From: Alistipes sp. | GTDB taxonomy: Bacteria > Bacteroidota > Bacteroidia > Bacteroidales > Rikenellaceae | Reading direction: 5' to 3' | DNA: 64,000 bases | NCBI GenBank assembly: GCA_036651015.1 | Contig: JAVVYP010000001.1 | Coordinates: 22,940 to 86,939, forward strand | Shown here: positions 18,441 to 28,848 of the stretch, one piece after another | Numbering within the stretch: position 1 is the first letter of the stretch | How the letters are laid out: each line of letters begins with the position of its first letter | Notes under the pieces: model-generated | What the model saw: the letters and a program-made list of their open reading frames with translations, nothing else | What the model was told of the DNA's origin: nothing | Database searches by the model: none | Translations under genes and position numbers: made by a program

Positions 18441-21431
18441 ATGGACAAAGGTCTTGAGCAGTACCTTCCCGACGAACAGAAAGTGCAGTACAATTTTATG
18501 AAGTACCGGATCCACAAAATCCTGCTGGTTTGTTGCAGTTACGATGGCTATATACTTGAGGAAGACGGTCATATAGAGTCGCAAATCATCCAAGAGTACC
18601 TCGATCTCAATATGTCGAATCCGCCCTCTTTCACGCGCGTCAGCTCGACTCGCGAGGCGCTGGATGTGCTCGCAAAAGATGACTCGTTCGACTTCATTCT
18701 CACGATGTACAACGTCGGCGAGTTGGATGTTTTTTCGTTTGCGCGCATCGTCAAGGAGCGTCATCCGCAGTGTCCTGTGGCACTGCTGACCTCGTTTTCG
18801 AAGGACATCTACCGCCGCATCGAAGAGCAAGATCGCTCGGGACTGGACTACATTTTTTCGTGGCACGGCAACACGGAACTCATCATTGCCATCATCAAGC
18901 TCATTGAGGATCAGATGAATGCCGACGAGGACATCGTCGAGGGTGGTGTGCAGGCCATCCTTTTGGTCGAGGACTCGATCCGCTTCTATTCGACCTACCT
19001 GCCCGAGCTATACAAGCTGATCCTGCTGCAAAATGCCGAATTTTTGAAGGACGCCTTCAACGAGCAGCAGCAGATTCTGCGCAAACGCGCCCGTCCCAAA
19101 ATTCTGCTGGCCACCAACTACGACGAGGCTGTCGCGCTCTACGATCGCTACCACAAAAACCTGCTGGGCGTGATCTCCGACGTGGGCTTTGTGTTGCATC
19201 GCAACGATCCGCCGGAGTGCGAAAAACGCGATGCCGGCATTGATCTCTGCCGGCGCATCAAAACCGACAACCCCTTGATGCCGGTGCTGTTGCAGTCGTC
19301 ACAAACCGAATTTTCGACCGTTGCACGCGAATTGGGCGTCGGTTTTTTGGCCAAGAATTCGAAAACTTTGCTTTCGCAACTCCACGACTACATAGCCACC
19401 GAATTTGCCTTCGGGGACTTCGTCTTCAAGGATCCCGACACGGGGGCAATCATCGGACGTGCCAAAGATTTGGTGCAGATGCAGGCGATGATCGCCACCA
19501 TCTCCGATCGGGCGTTCGAGTACCACACCTCCCAAAATCACCTCTCGAAGTGGCTCTATTCGCGCGGTCTATTTCCGCTCGCCGCCTCGATCCGCCAATA
19601 CAACAAGAGCCATTTCACCTCGGTCGAGGAGCACCGCTGCGTATTGGTGAACCTCATCCGCGACTACCGCACGCTGCTGGGGCAGGGCGTTGTGGCACGC
19701 TTCGATCCGGCGACCTACTCCGACGCGGTGGCCTTTGCGCGCATCGGCGAGGGTTCGCTTGGCGGCAAGGCACGCGGACTGGCGTTCATGAATTCGATGC
19801 TCATCAAGCACCGCCAATACAACAAGCACGACAATGTGCGCATTCTGATTCCGCGTTCGGTGGTCATCGCCACCGACTATTTCGATCAATTCATCCAACT
19901 CAACGGGCTGAAATTCATCATTGCCCAAGAGTTTTCGGATGAAGAGATTCTCTCGGAATTTATCGGTTCGACCACCCCCGACACCTTGCAGCAGGAGCTG
20001 AAAGCCTACCTGCGAAGTGTGCATACACCGCTGGCAATTCGCTCCTCATCGAAGTTGGAAGATTCGCACTATCAACCGTTTGCAGGGATCTACTCGACCT
20101 ATATGATCCCCTATGTTGACAACGAAGATCAGCTGCTACGGCTGCTGCTCAAGGCGATCAAAAGCGTCTACGCCTCGGTCTATTTCGCCGCCTCGCGCGC
20201 CTACATCTCTTCGTCGCAGAATCTGATCGCCGAGGAGAAGATGGCCGTCATCATTCAGGAGGTCTGCGGCACGGAGCAGGAGGGGTTGTTTTTTCCGACC
20301 TTCTCGGGCGTGGCACGCTCGATCAACTACTACCCCCTTGGCGACGAGACACCCGAAGACGGCATCTGCAACGTCGCTATGGGATTGGGCAAGTTGGTGG
20401 TTGACGGCGGCCGCACACTACGTTTTTCGCCCCGTTATCCCCAAAAAGTATTGCAAACCTCGACCCCCGAATTGGCGCTGCGCGACACACAGAACGAGGT
20501 TGTGGCCTTGAGTCTGCGCCCCGAAGAGTTCCGCACGTCGATCGACGATGCCGTCAATCTCCACCGACTCAACCTCTCGCAGATTGCCGATTTCCGCAAC
20601 ACGCGCTTCATCAGCTCGGTCTGGGATCGCGACAACGAACGCATCTCCGACAGTCCGTTTGACGAAGGCCGTCGTGTCATTACATTCAACAACATCTTGA
20701 AATACAACACATTTCCGCTGTCAGAAATCATTCTCGACATTCTACAAATGGGCACCGAGGAGATGCGCTGTCCGGTCGAAGTGGAATTTGCGGTCAATAT
20801 GGATGTTGCCACCGGACAACCTCAGATTTTCAACCTGCTGCAAATTCGTCCGATCATCGACAACCAAGACAATCGCTCGATCGACTGGTGCCACGAAGAG
20901 ACCTCCGAGGCGTTGATCTACGGCGAAAGCGCGCTCGGCATCGGTAAAATGGCCGATATTGCAGACATCATCTACGTCCGACAGGAGACATTCAATTCGC
21001 TCTCGACCGAGCAAATCGCCGAGGAGTTGCTCGCCTTCAACGGCCGTATGCACGAACAGAATCGTCCTTACATACTCGTCGGCCCCGGCCGCTGGGGCTC
21101 CTCGGATCCGTTTTTAGGCATTCCCGTCAAATGGACGCACATCTCCGAGGCAAAGGTGATCGTCGAATGCGGCATCCCCAATTTCGAGATCGAACCCTCG
21201 CAGGGCACCCACTTTTTCCAAAACGTCACCTCGCTGGGCGTGGGTTATTTGACCATCAGCCCCTTCCGCGGCGATGGTCTCTTCCGCGTCGAAGCGCTCG
21301 ATGCAATGCCGGCGCTCTACGAGGGACGGTACTTGCGGCAGGTGCGTTTCGCGCGTCCGCTGTGGGTCTGCATCGACGGCAGATCGAACAAAGGGATGGT
21401 CAAAGAGGGTGAAGAGAGCGCCGAATCGTAA
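18441..21431 (+). CDS. Receiver-domain-containing PEP synthase/PPDK N-domain (ATP-grasp) protein
   Basis: Receiver-like segments (ILLVEDS; LLGVISDVGF); PPDK_N motifs GGKARGL, AIRSSSKLED..FAGIY, MAVIIQE, GLG..VVDG, EVEFA, LQIRP; C-terminal SQGTHFF. Confidence 0.88.
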   Translation: MDKGLEQYLPDEQKVQYNFMKYRIHKILLVCCSYDGYILEEDGHIESQIIQEYLDLNMSNPPSFTRVSSTREALDVLAKDDSFDFILTMYNVGELDVFSFARIVKERHPQCPVALLTSFSKDIYRRIEEQDRSGLDYIFSWHGNTELIIAIIKLIEDQMNADEDIVEGGVQAILLVEDSIRFYSTYLPELYKLILLQNAEFLKDAFNEQQQILRKRARPKILLATNYDEAVALYDRYHKNLLGVISDVGFVLHRNDPPECEKRDAGIDLCRRIKTDNPLMPVLLQSSQTEFSTVARELGVGFLAKNSKTLLSQLHDYIATEFAFGDFVFKDPDTGAIIGRAKDLVQMQAMIATISDRAFEYHTSQNHLSKWLYSRGLFPLAASIRQYNKSHFTSVEEHRCVLVNLIRDYRTLLGQGVVARFDPATYSDAVAFARIGEGSLGGKARGLAFMNSMLIKHRQYNKHDNVRILIPRSVVIATDYFDQFIQLNGLKFIIAQEFSDEEILSEFIGSTTPDTLQQELKAYLRSVHTPLAIRSSSKLEDSHYQPFAGIYSTYMIPYVDNEDQLLRLLLKAIKSVYASVYFAASRAYISSSQNLIAEEKMAVIIQEVCGTEQEGLFFPTFSGVARSINYYPLGDETPEDGICNVAMGLGKLVVDGGRTLRFSPRYPQKVLQTSTPELALRDTQNEVVALSLRPEEFRTSIDDAVNLHRLNLSQIADFRNTRFISSVWDRDNERISDSPFDEGRRVITFNNILKYNTFPLSEIILDILQMGTEEMRCPVEVEFAVNMDVATGQPQIFNLLQIRPIIDNQDNRSIDWCHEETSEALIYGESALGIGKMADIADIIYVRQETFNSLSTEQIAEELLAFNGRMHEQNRPYILVGPGRWGSSDPFLGIPVKWTHISEAKVIVECGIPNFEIEPSQGTHFFQNVTSLGVGYLTISPFRGDGLFRVEALDAMPALYEGRYLRQVRFARPLWVCIDGRSNKGMVKEGEESAES

Positions 21432-21525
21432 CGATTCAGCATAATATTTTAAACAATAGTTACAATCTATCATAAATAATGCTATATTTGTAAATAGAAA
21501 ACCAACCAACTAAAATTTCAAGCAT

Positions 21526-22863
21526 ATGAACGTTAACAAACTTATGGCGGAACTCGAACGCAAACACCCCGGCGAAAGTGAATTTTTGCAGGCTGTGCAC
21601 GAAGTTCTTATGACGGTAGAAGAGACCTACAACCAACACCCCGAATTCGAGGCGAACCACATTGCCGAGCGCATCGTGGAGCCCGATCGCAGCTTCACAT
21701 TCAAAGTAGTTTGGATGGACGACAAAGGCGAGGTTCAGGTCAACACCGGTTATCGTTTTCAGTTCAACAACGCCATCGGCCCCTACAAAGGCGGTTTGCG
21801 TTTTCACCCCTCGGTCAACCCTTCGATCCTCAAATTTCTGGGCTTCGAACAGATCTTCAAAAATGCCCTCACCACACTGCCTATGGGCGGCGCAAAGGGT
21901 GGTTCGGACTTCAACCCCAAAGGCAAATCCGATCGTGAAGTAATGCGTTTCTGCCAAGCCTTTATGACGGAACTGTGGCGCTATATCGGTCCTCAGACCG
22001 ACGTTCCGGCAGGTGATATCGGTGTCGGCGGCCGCGAAATCGGCTATATGTACGGTATGTATCGCAAATTGGCTCAAGAGAATACAGGCGTGCTGACCGG
22101 CAAAGGTCGCACCTATGGCGGTTCGCTGATCCGTCCCGAGGCAACTGGTTTCGGTGCCGTGTATTTCCTGCGTCAAATGCTCGAAACAGCCGGCAAAGAT
22201 ATTAAAGGTCAGGTGATTGCCATTTCAGGCTTCGGCAACGTGGCTTGGGGTGCTGCATCGAAGGCCACCGAATTGGGTGCCAAAGTGGTGACGATCTCGG
22301 GTCCCGACGGTTACATCTACGATCCGGCCGGTCTCAACAAGGAGAAAATTGCCTATATGCTCGAACTGCGCGCCTCGAACAACGACGTGGTGGAGCCTTA
22401 TGCTGCCAAATTCCCGGGTTCGAAGTTCATCGCCGGCCACAAACCGTGGGAGGTCAAGGTGGACATCGCAATGCCGTGTGCTACCCAAAACGAGCTGAAC
22501 GGTGACGATGCCAAGATGCTGCTGGCCAACGGTGTGAAACTCGTGGCCGAGGTCTCGAATATGGGCTGTCGTCCCGAGGCAATCGAAGCCTTCATCGCTG
22601 CCAAAATCCCCTATGGACCCGGCAAAGCGGTCAACGCAGGTGGTGTGGCAACATCGGGTTTGGAGATGAGCCAAAACTCACAAAAGTACAACTGGACGGC
22701 CGAAGAGGTCGATGCCAAATTGCACCAAATTATGTCGTCGATCCACGGCGCTTGCTTGGAGTACGGCACCGAGAAGGGCGGCTACATCAACTATATGAAG
22801 GGCGCCAACATCGCCGGCTTTATGAAAGTAGCCAAGTCGATGGTTGAGCAGGGCGTCTTGTAA
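21526..22863 (+). CDS. gdhA: Glutamate dehydrogenase
   Basis: GPYKGGLRFHP, GGAKGGSDF, DVPAGDIGVG, RPEATG, SGFGNV, NAGGVATS. Confidence 0.97.
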   Translation: MNVNKLMAELERKHPGESEFLQAVHEVLMTVEETYNQHPEFEANHIAERIVEPDRSFTFKVVWMDDKGEVQVNTGYRFQFNNAIGPYKGGLRFHPSVNPSILKFLGFEQIFKNALTTLPMGGAKGGSDFNPKGKSDREVMRFCQAFMTELWRYIGPQTDVPAGDIGVGGREIGYMYGMYRKLAQENTGVLTGKGRTYGGSLIRPEATGFGAVYFLRQMLETAGKDIKGQVIAISGFGNVAWGAASKATELGAKVVTISGPDGYIYDPAGLNKEKIAYMLELRASNNDVVEPYAAKFPGSKFIAGHKPWEVKVDIAMPCATQNELNGDDAKMLLANGVKLVAEVSNMGCRPEAIEAFIAAKIPYGPGKAVNAGGVATSGLEMSQNSQKYNWTAEEVDAKLHQIMSSIHGACLEYGTEKGGYINYMKGANIAGFMKVAKSMVEQGVL

Positions 22864-22883
22864 TAGCTACCTCACACAAACCG

Positions 22884-22921
22884 AGAGGGGACGAACTGCA
22901 AAAGTTCGTCCCCTCTTTTTT
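22884..22921 (+). terminator. Intrinsic terminator after gdhA
   Basis: AGAGGGGACGAACT-GCAAA-AGTTCGTCCCCTCT followed by a T-run. Confidence 0.88.
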
Positions 22922-23006
22922 GTTGAACGCGCGTTCGATAAATTCGTCGAACACACATTATATATAGGTATAGCCGATTCATCAAAAATCAGCAAGGCGG
23001 CCTCTC

Positions 23007-25577
23007 CTATCGTCTACGTACGGCGCGAATCACCTCACCGCCGATAGCCAGCAACGAGGTCAGCCCGACAACAGCCGCCCAGTCGCTCAGCGCGAGTGGT
23101 TCGGTGCGGAACACCGCGCCGCCGATCTCCACGATAATCACCTGTCCCACGGCAATAGCCAGCAGAATCAGGAAAAATTCGCGACAACCGTGCAGGTTGG
23201 TAAAGACCGAATGCGCCGTTTCGAATCCTTTGGCGTTGAACATATTCCAGAATTGGAAGAAGACAAAAGTCGAGAAAAAGAGCGTCAGATGACGCACCGT
23301 CAACGACCCGTCAGGCTCCGCCCACCAGAACAACATCCCCAACAACGCCACCACCATCGCAATGCCGCACGTGAAGATCGTGCGCGCCATGGCCGGTGTA
23401 ATGATAAATTCGTTGCGCGGACGCGGTTTGTCGCGCATCACGTCGGGATTGGGCGGCAGCGAGGCCATAGCCATCGCGGCAAAGGTGTCCATAATGATGT
23501 TGACCCACAGGATCTGCACCACCGTGAGGGGCATATCCGTACCGAAGACCGCGCCGGCAAAGCAGACGATGATCGCCACGAAGTTGATCGTCAGCTGGAA
23601 CAACACAAAGCGTTGGATATTGCGGTAGAGCGAGCGCCCCCACATCACCGCCGTGGCAATCGAGGCGAACGAATCATCGAGCAGGGTGATGTCGCTGGCA
23701 TCTTTGGCCACCGAGGTTCCGGTGCCCATCGACAACCCCACGTTGGCGAAGTTGAGTGCCGGCGCATCGTTCGTGCCGTCGCCCGTCACCGCCACCACCT
23801 CGCCGCGCTGCTGAAGCAGCTGCACCAAGCGTTGTTTATCGAGCGGCCGCGCACGTGACATAATTTTCAGATCGGCAATTCGCGCCAACAACTCCTCGTC
23901 GGTGGAGTCGGCAAACTCGGTGCCGGTCATATGGTTGCGATCGCCGTCCGTGGCATCGCTCCACAATCCGATTTGACGGGCGATTTCGCGCGCCGTAGCA
24001 GGGGTGTCCCCCGTGACAATTTTGATCCCAATGCCGGCGTTCAGACAACGAGCCACCGCCGCCGGAACATCTTCACGCACCGGATCGGAGATCGCCGCCA
24101 CAGCCGCAAAGTGCAACTCAGACGAAGAGACCGCTTGCAAACAGTCATCGCTGTCGGTATGCGCCCACGCCACAGCCAGCGTACGCATTGCGCGGCTTTG
24201 GAACGCCAAGAGTTGTTCAGCCACCTGCGCATCTTTGCCGTCGGCCGCACACATTGCACGCACAATCTCCGGAGCGCCCTTCACACACAACAAGCGGCCT
24301 CCCGAGACGCCGCTTTCGATGATCGTCGCCATATATTTGCGTTCGGTCGAGAAGGTCAGTCGATCGACAATCGTCGCCTCGGCACGCAGCGCCTCGTACG
24401 CCTGACCTTGGTCACGCAGCCATAGTAGCAACGCGCCTTCGGTCGGATTGCCGATCGCTGCACCCTCCGCATCGAGAAACGCGGTGGTGTTGGCCGCAAT
24501 CACCTCCGCAAAATCACGCGCCGGCAGTGCATCGTAACGCACCACCTCCTGCACGTGCATTCGGTTTTGGGTCAGCGTACCGGTTTTGTCGGTACAGATC
24601 ACCGTCACCGCACCCATCGTTTCACAGGCGTGCATCCGACGCACTAAGTTATTGGTTTTGAGCATTCGCCGCATCGACATCGCCAACGACAGCGTGATAC
24701 TCATCGGAAGTCCCTCGGGCACCGCCATCACGATGATCGCCACCGAAATCATGAAGACGTGGAGCACCTGCTGCGAAATGGCCAGCCAACCCTCCTCCAA
24801 CAGACCGCCGATGAAGATCGACTTGCCGAGCATAATGCAGAAGATCATCACCGACAAGACAATGCCGGCACGACCGATCAAACGCGAAAGACGCACCAAC
24901 TGCCGATCCAACGGCGTCGGTTCGTCACAGAGTACGGTAGATTGCTCGGTCACACGACCCGCCTCCGAGGCGTTGCCCACCGCCGTAGCCACCAACCGCC
25001 CGTAGCCGTCGACCACGGTGGTACCGCGCATTACCACATTCGAAGCGTAGGTCGCCTCGGCGTCGAAACTCTCCTCGTTGGTGGTCTTGTCCACTTCGGG
25101 TTCACCGGTCAGCGTCGATTCGTTGATCGTCAGCGAAACCGCTTCAACCAACTCACCATCAACGGGAACCGTCTCGCCGCTCTCAATGTAGACCACATCG
25201 CCCACGACAACGTCACGGCGCGGAATTTCGCACATTGCGCCGTCGCGCAGCACCTTGACTGCAACGTCGTCATTGACTTGGTTCAAACGCCGAAAACGAC
25301 GTTGCGCATCCCATTCGAACCAAAAACCCACACACGTGGCGAGGATAATGGCACAAACGATGCCGATGGCCTCCGTGAAATCTTTGTGCACGAAACCGAT
25401 GGCCAGCGACAACACCGCCGCAAGAAGCAGGATGCGGATGATCGGATCGCGAAATTTCTCAGCCAGCAGACGCCACGCTGAATCATCCTTGGGGGGAGTA
25501 ATAATGTTGTCACCGTGCCGCTCACGGCTTTCAAAGACTTGCTGCGCAGATAAACCTCGAGGATCGTAGGAGATCAT
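23007..25577 (-). CDS. Calcium-translocating P-type ATPase (type II, PMCA-like)
   Basis: ESTLTGE, AVPEGLP, DKTGTLT, KGAPE, TGD, TGDGTNDAPAL, FQLTIN, LWVNIIMD. Confidence 0.93.
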   Translation of the reverse strand: MISYDPRGLSAQQVFESRERHGDNIITPPKDDSAWRLLAEKFRDPIIRILLLAAVLSLAIGFVHKDFTEAIGIVCAIILATCVGFWFEWDAQRRFRRLNQVNDDVAVKVLRDGAMCEIPRRDVVVGDVVYIESGETVPVDGELVEAVSLTINESTLTGEPEVDKTTNEESFDAEATYASNVVMRGTTVVDGYGRLVATAVGNASEAGRVTEQSTVLCDEPTPLDRQLVRLSRLIGRAGIVLSVMIFCIMLGKSIFIGGLLEEGWLAISQQVLHVFMISVAIIVMAVPEGLPMSITLSLAMSMRRMLKTNNLVRRMHACETMGAVTVICTDKTGTLTQNRMHVQEVVRYDALPARDFAEVIAANTTAFLDAEGAAIGNPTEGALLLWLRDQGQAYEALRAEATIVDRLTFSTERKYMATIIESGVSGGRLLCVKGAPEIVRAMCAADGKDAQVAEQLLAFQSRAMRTLAVAWAHTDSDDCLQAVSSSELHFAAVAAISDPVREDVPAAVARCLNAGIGIKIVTGDTPATAREIARQIGLWSDATDGDRNHMTGTEFADSTDEELLARIADLKIMSRARPLDKQRLVQLLQQRGEVVAVTGDGTNDAPALNFANVGLSMGTGTSVAKDASDITLLDDSFASIATAVMWGRSLYRNIQRFVLFQLTINFVAIIVCFAGAVFGTDMPLTVVQILWVNIIMDTFAAMAMASLPPNPDVMRDKPRPRNEFIITPAMARTIFTCGIAMVVALLGMLFWWAEPDGSLTVRHLTLFFSTFVFFQFWNMFNAKGFETAHSVFTNLHGCREFFLILLAIAVGQVIIVEIGGAVFRTEPLALSDWAAVVGLTSLLAIGGEVIRAVRRR

Positions 25578-25586
25578 AAGAAATTA

Positions 25587-27029
25587 TTAAAATTTATTAA
25601 GTGAGAACTGACGCGTCGAGGCGTCGAGTCGTATAGCAATGAAAACCAATATGGTAAAGGCGATCAGTGAGGAGCCGCCATAGCTCATAAACGGAAGAGG
25701 AATGCCCATCACCGGCATCAGGCCGATGGTCATCCCGACATTAACCAGCACGTGGAACAACAAAATCGCCGCCACGCAGTAGCAATAGATGCGGCCAAAA
25801 GGCTCTTGCTGCCGCTCGCCCATACGCATCAGGCGCAAGATGAGCAGGCACAGGAGCGTCAGCACCACCATCGTCCCCACAAAACCCCACTCTTCACCCA
25901 CCGTGCAGAAGATGAAATCGGTATGTTGTTCGGGAACGAATCCGTATTTGATCTGCGTCCCTTGGAGGAACCCCTTACCCCAGAAGCCACCCGAGCCAAT
26001 GGCAATTTTCGATTGATTGACATTGAAATCCGAACCTAAAGGCTCGCTGATGATGCCCAGAAAGCTCCAAATACGCTTCTGCTGGTGCGGTTTAAGAATG
26101 GAGTTGAAGATGTAGTCGGTTGTCGGCAGGAAGACCAGCGTGCCGACAAACAAAGCGATGGTAATGAAAATGTTGTTCAATTGGGTGCGGTAGGCGTAGA
26201 TGGCCACAAAAACCAGCCCGATCAGCGTCATACACAACAGGCAACGGTAGAGATCCATCGCCCCGGGAGCCACTATTGCCATTACGAGGTAGAGCACAAT
26301 ACTCGACAGCAGCAACGTGGTCAAGAAGATCACACGCGATCGCCACTGCCCGTTCATCATCGCCTCCGAGAAGGTGCAGACCACCAACGCCAGCAGCAGC
26401 AAGGTCATTGGCGCCAACAAAAACGACACGATGAAGAGCATCGCAATGAGCAGTACCGGCACACACAACCATTTGTTCAACCCCTCGCGGTAGAGGACAA
26501 AAAGGAACGAGCCAAGGACCACACCCGACCCGGTATCATTTTGCAAAATAATGATAAACAGCGGAATGCCGATCACAATGCCCACGCGTACCAAATCCCT
26601 GACCCGATTGATCGAGAACGAATATTCACTCATCACGCGTGCCAAGGCCAAGGCCGTAGCGATCTTGACAAACTCCACGGGTTGCACCCGAAACGATCCG
26701 AATTCGAACCACGCCTTGGCGCCGTTGACGCTCAGACCAAAGAGCAGCGTTCCGACCAGCAACAGCACCCCTCCGAAATAGGCCGGATAGGCCAACATGT
26801 GGTAAAAACGATCGTCCAAGAGCAACACCACCAGAGCCGCACACCACGCTAAGCCGACCCAAATGAGTTGCTTCATATAGAATTGCGAGAAAGAGAAGAC
26901 GGCATCCGTCGTCGGATCATAGGTCGCAGCCGTGATCGACACGCATCCGATCAACACGATCAGCGTGTACAACAGGACGGTCAACGAATCGACGCCATAG
27001 AAGATGCTGTTATTTCGATTCGCGGTCAT
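25587..27029 (-). CDS. rodA: Rod shape-determining protein RodA (SEDS)
   Basis: QPVEFVK, LQNDTGS, QSKIAIGSGG, VPEQHTDFIF, GIPLPFMSYGGSS. Confidence 0.95.
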   Translation of the reverse strand: MTANRNNSIFYGVDSLTVLLYTLIVLIGCVSITAATYDPTTDAVFSFSQFYMKQLIWVGLAWCAALVVLLLDDRFYHMLAYPAYFGGVLLLVGTLLFGLSVNGAKAWFEFGSFRVQPVEFVKIATALALARVMSEYSFSINRVRDLVRVGIVIGIPLFIIILQNDTGSGVVLGSFLFVLYREGLNKWLCVPVLLIAMLFIVSFLLAPMTLLLLALVVCTFSEAMMNGQWRSRVIFLTTLLLSSIVLYLVMAIVAPGAMDLYRCLLCMTLIGLVFVAIYAYRTQLNNIFITIALFVGTLVFLPTTDYIFNSILKPHQQKRIWSFLGIISEPLGSDFNVNQSKIAIGSGGFWGKGFLQGTQIKYGFVPEQHTDFIFCTVGEEWGFVGTMVVLTLLCLLILRLMRMGERQQEPFGRIYCYCVAAILLFHVLVNVGMTIGLMPVMGIPLPFMSYGGSSLIAFTILVFIAIRLDASTRQFSLNKF

Positions 27030-28848
27030 AGATAGGGTAATAGATGGTCATATTTTTGAGCGACTCGACCAATGCCGGACGACGAATGGTATCGGTGAGG
27101 TAATACTCCTCCAGCAGGCTGGCGATAGGCAACGCCGCCGAAGCACCGAAGCCGGCATTTTCGACATAGACCGAAATTGCAATTTTGGGGTTGTCGCGAG
27201 GGGCAAATGAGAGAAACGTCGAGTTGTCTCGTCCGTGTGGATTCTGCGCCGTACCAGTCTTGCCGCAGACATCTTGTCCGGGCAGACGAGCACCCATTGA
27301 GGTGCCGCCCACATTCACACCGCGCCACATACCATCGACGATCGGTTCGAAATGTTTGGCCTCGACTTTGGTGTAGTGACGCTGGTAGAAGCGGCGATCA
27401 AGCGAATCGCGACCCTCGATGCGCTTGACAACGTGGGGAATATAGTAGTAACCACGGTTGGCCACGATAGCCGCCAAGTTGGCCAGCTGCAAGGGCGTGC
27501 AGCCCAATTCACCTTGACCGATCGCCAGCGAAATGACCGTCAGCGAGTTCCACGAACCCCGATAGCGGCGATCATAGAACGACCGATCGGGCACATAGCC
27601 GTTGCCTTCGTCCAAAAAGTCCGAACCCAATTTGCGACCAAAACCGAAGCTCTCGACATAGTCGCGCCAAACGTCGAAGCCCTCTTTGACACTGCCATAT
27701 TTGCGGCTGTCGAGAATATCGCGGAAAACATAGCAGAAATAGGCGTTGCACGAGGTGGCTACCGCCGCACGTAGATCAAGCGGCGAGCCGTGGGCGTGAC
27801 AGCCAACGTGCAACCGACCTGCTTGGTAACCCCGGTTGCAGGAGTGCAGATCCGAGGGGGTGAGCACCCCCTCCTGCAAACCGATCAAGCCCTGCACCAA
27901 TTTGAAGGTCGAACCCGGAGGATAGGGCGCTTGCACGGCACGTGGGTACAAGGGGCGCCGCTTGTTGTAGATCATCTTCATATAGTTGTTGCCTCGCTCG
28001 CGCCCCACCATCTCATCGGGATCGTACGAGGGCGAGGAGACCATCATCAAAATCTCACCTGTCGCCGGTTCGATGGCCACCGCCGCACCGACCTTGCCGT
28101 GCATCAGCTCCTCGCCCAACAGTTGCAAACGCGCGTCGATGGTGCTGATCAGGTAGCTGCCGGGTTCGGGTAATGAGTCGTAACGACCATCCAAATAGGA
28201 ATCTTTGACCGCACCGTGGGTGTCGATCTCCTGAACCTTAACCCCCTTGCGCCCTTTGAGTTCCGCCTCGTAGGACAACTCAATGCCACTCATACCGACG
28301 TAATCGCCCAACTGGTATTCGGGGTGTCGTTTGAGTTTGTCGCGATTGACCTCGCTGACATACCCCAGCAGGTTGCCGCCCACCTTGCGCGGATATTGGC
28401 GCACGGTGCGATAGACGGGGTAAAAACCCGTGAAATTGCACTCGTCGAAACGCAACTTGGCCTCCTTGGAGATGTAGCTGGCCACCAAACGGGCAGCACG
28501 TGGCGACACGCGCGCATTGGCCAGTTCCCGTTCGAGCTTCGCGCGCGAAATGTTCAGCACGTTGCACATTCGCACCGTATCGAAACCACGCTTGTCGATC
28601 TCGCTATAAATGACCATCAAATCGTAACATTCGAGACTTTGCACCAAATATTCGCCCCTGCGATCGAAGACCTCGCCGCGTGGCGGATACTGCACCACCG
28701 GACGCAACGCATTGGCTCGCGCCAATTCGCTGTAGTTAGGGTCAATGAGTTGGATGTAAACCAGCCGCCCTGCAAGAAACACAAAGACAAACAGCACAAC
28801 ACATTGCAGCGTCCGCATCCGGACAAATCCTTCGGAACCACCCATCAT
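27010..28848 (-). CDS. mrdA: Penicillin-binding protein 2
   Basis: YPPGSTFK (SxxK), SCN (SxN), GKTGTAQ (KTG); lies within the mre operon. Confidence 0.95.
   Translation of the reverse strand: MMGGSEGFVRMRTLQCVVLFVFVFLAGRLVYIQLIDPNYSELARANALRPVVQYPPRGEVFDRRGEYLVQSLECYDLMVIYSEIDKRGFDTVRMCNVLNISRAKLERELANARVSPRAARLVASYISKEAKLRFDECNFTGFYPVYRTVRQYPRKVGGNLLGYVSEVNRDKLKRHPEYQLGDYVGMSGIELSYEAELKGRKGVKVQEIDTHGAVKDSYLDGRYDSLPEPGSYLISTIDARLQLLGEELMHGKVGAAVAIEPATGEILMMVSSPSYDPDEMVGRERGNNYMKMIYNKRRPLYPRAVQAPYPPGSTFKLVQGLIGLQEGVLTPSDLHSCNRGYQAGRLHVGCHAHGSPLDLRAAVATSCNAYFCYVFRDILDSRKYGSVKEGFDVWRDYVESFGFGRKLGSDFLDEGNGYVPDRSFYDRRYRGSWNSLTVISLAIGQGELGCTPLQLANLAAIVANRGYYYIPHVVKRIEGRDSLDRRFYQRHYTKVEAKHFEPIVDGMWRGVNVGGTSMGARLPGQDVCGKTGTAQNPHGRDNSTFLSFAPRDNPKIAISVYVENAGFGASAALPIASLLEEYYLTDTIRRPALVESLKNMTIYYPIYDRESK

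Noticed and set aside
22922-23006. Small hairpin GTTCGA...TCGAAC and TATATA run after the gdhA terminator
   Set aside because: Short, single occurrence, with no supportable function.
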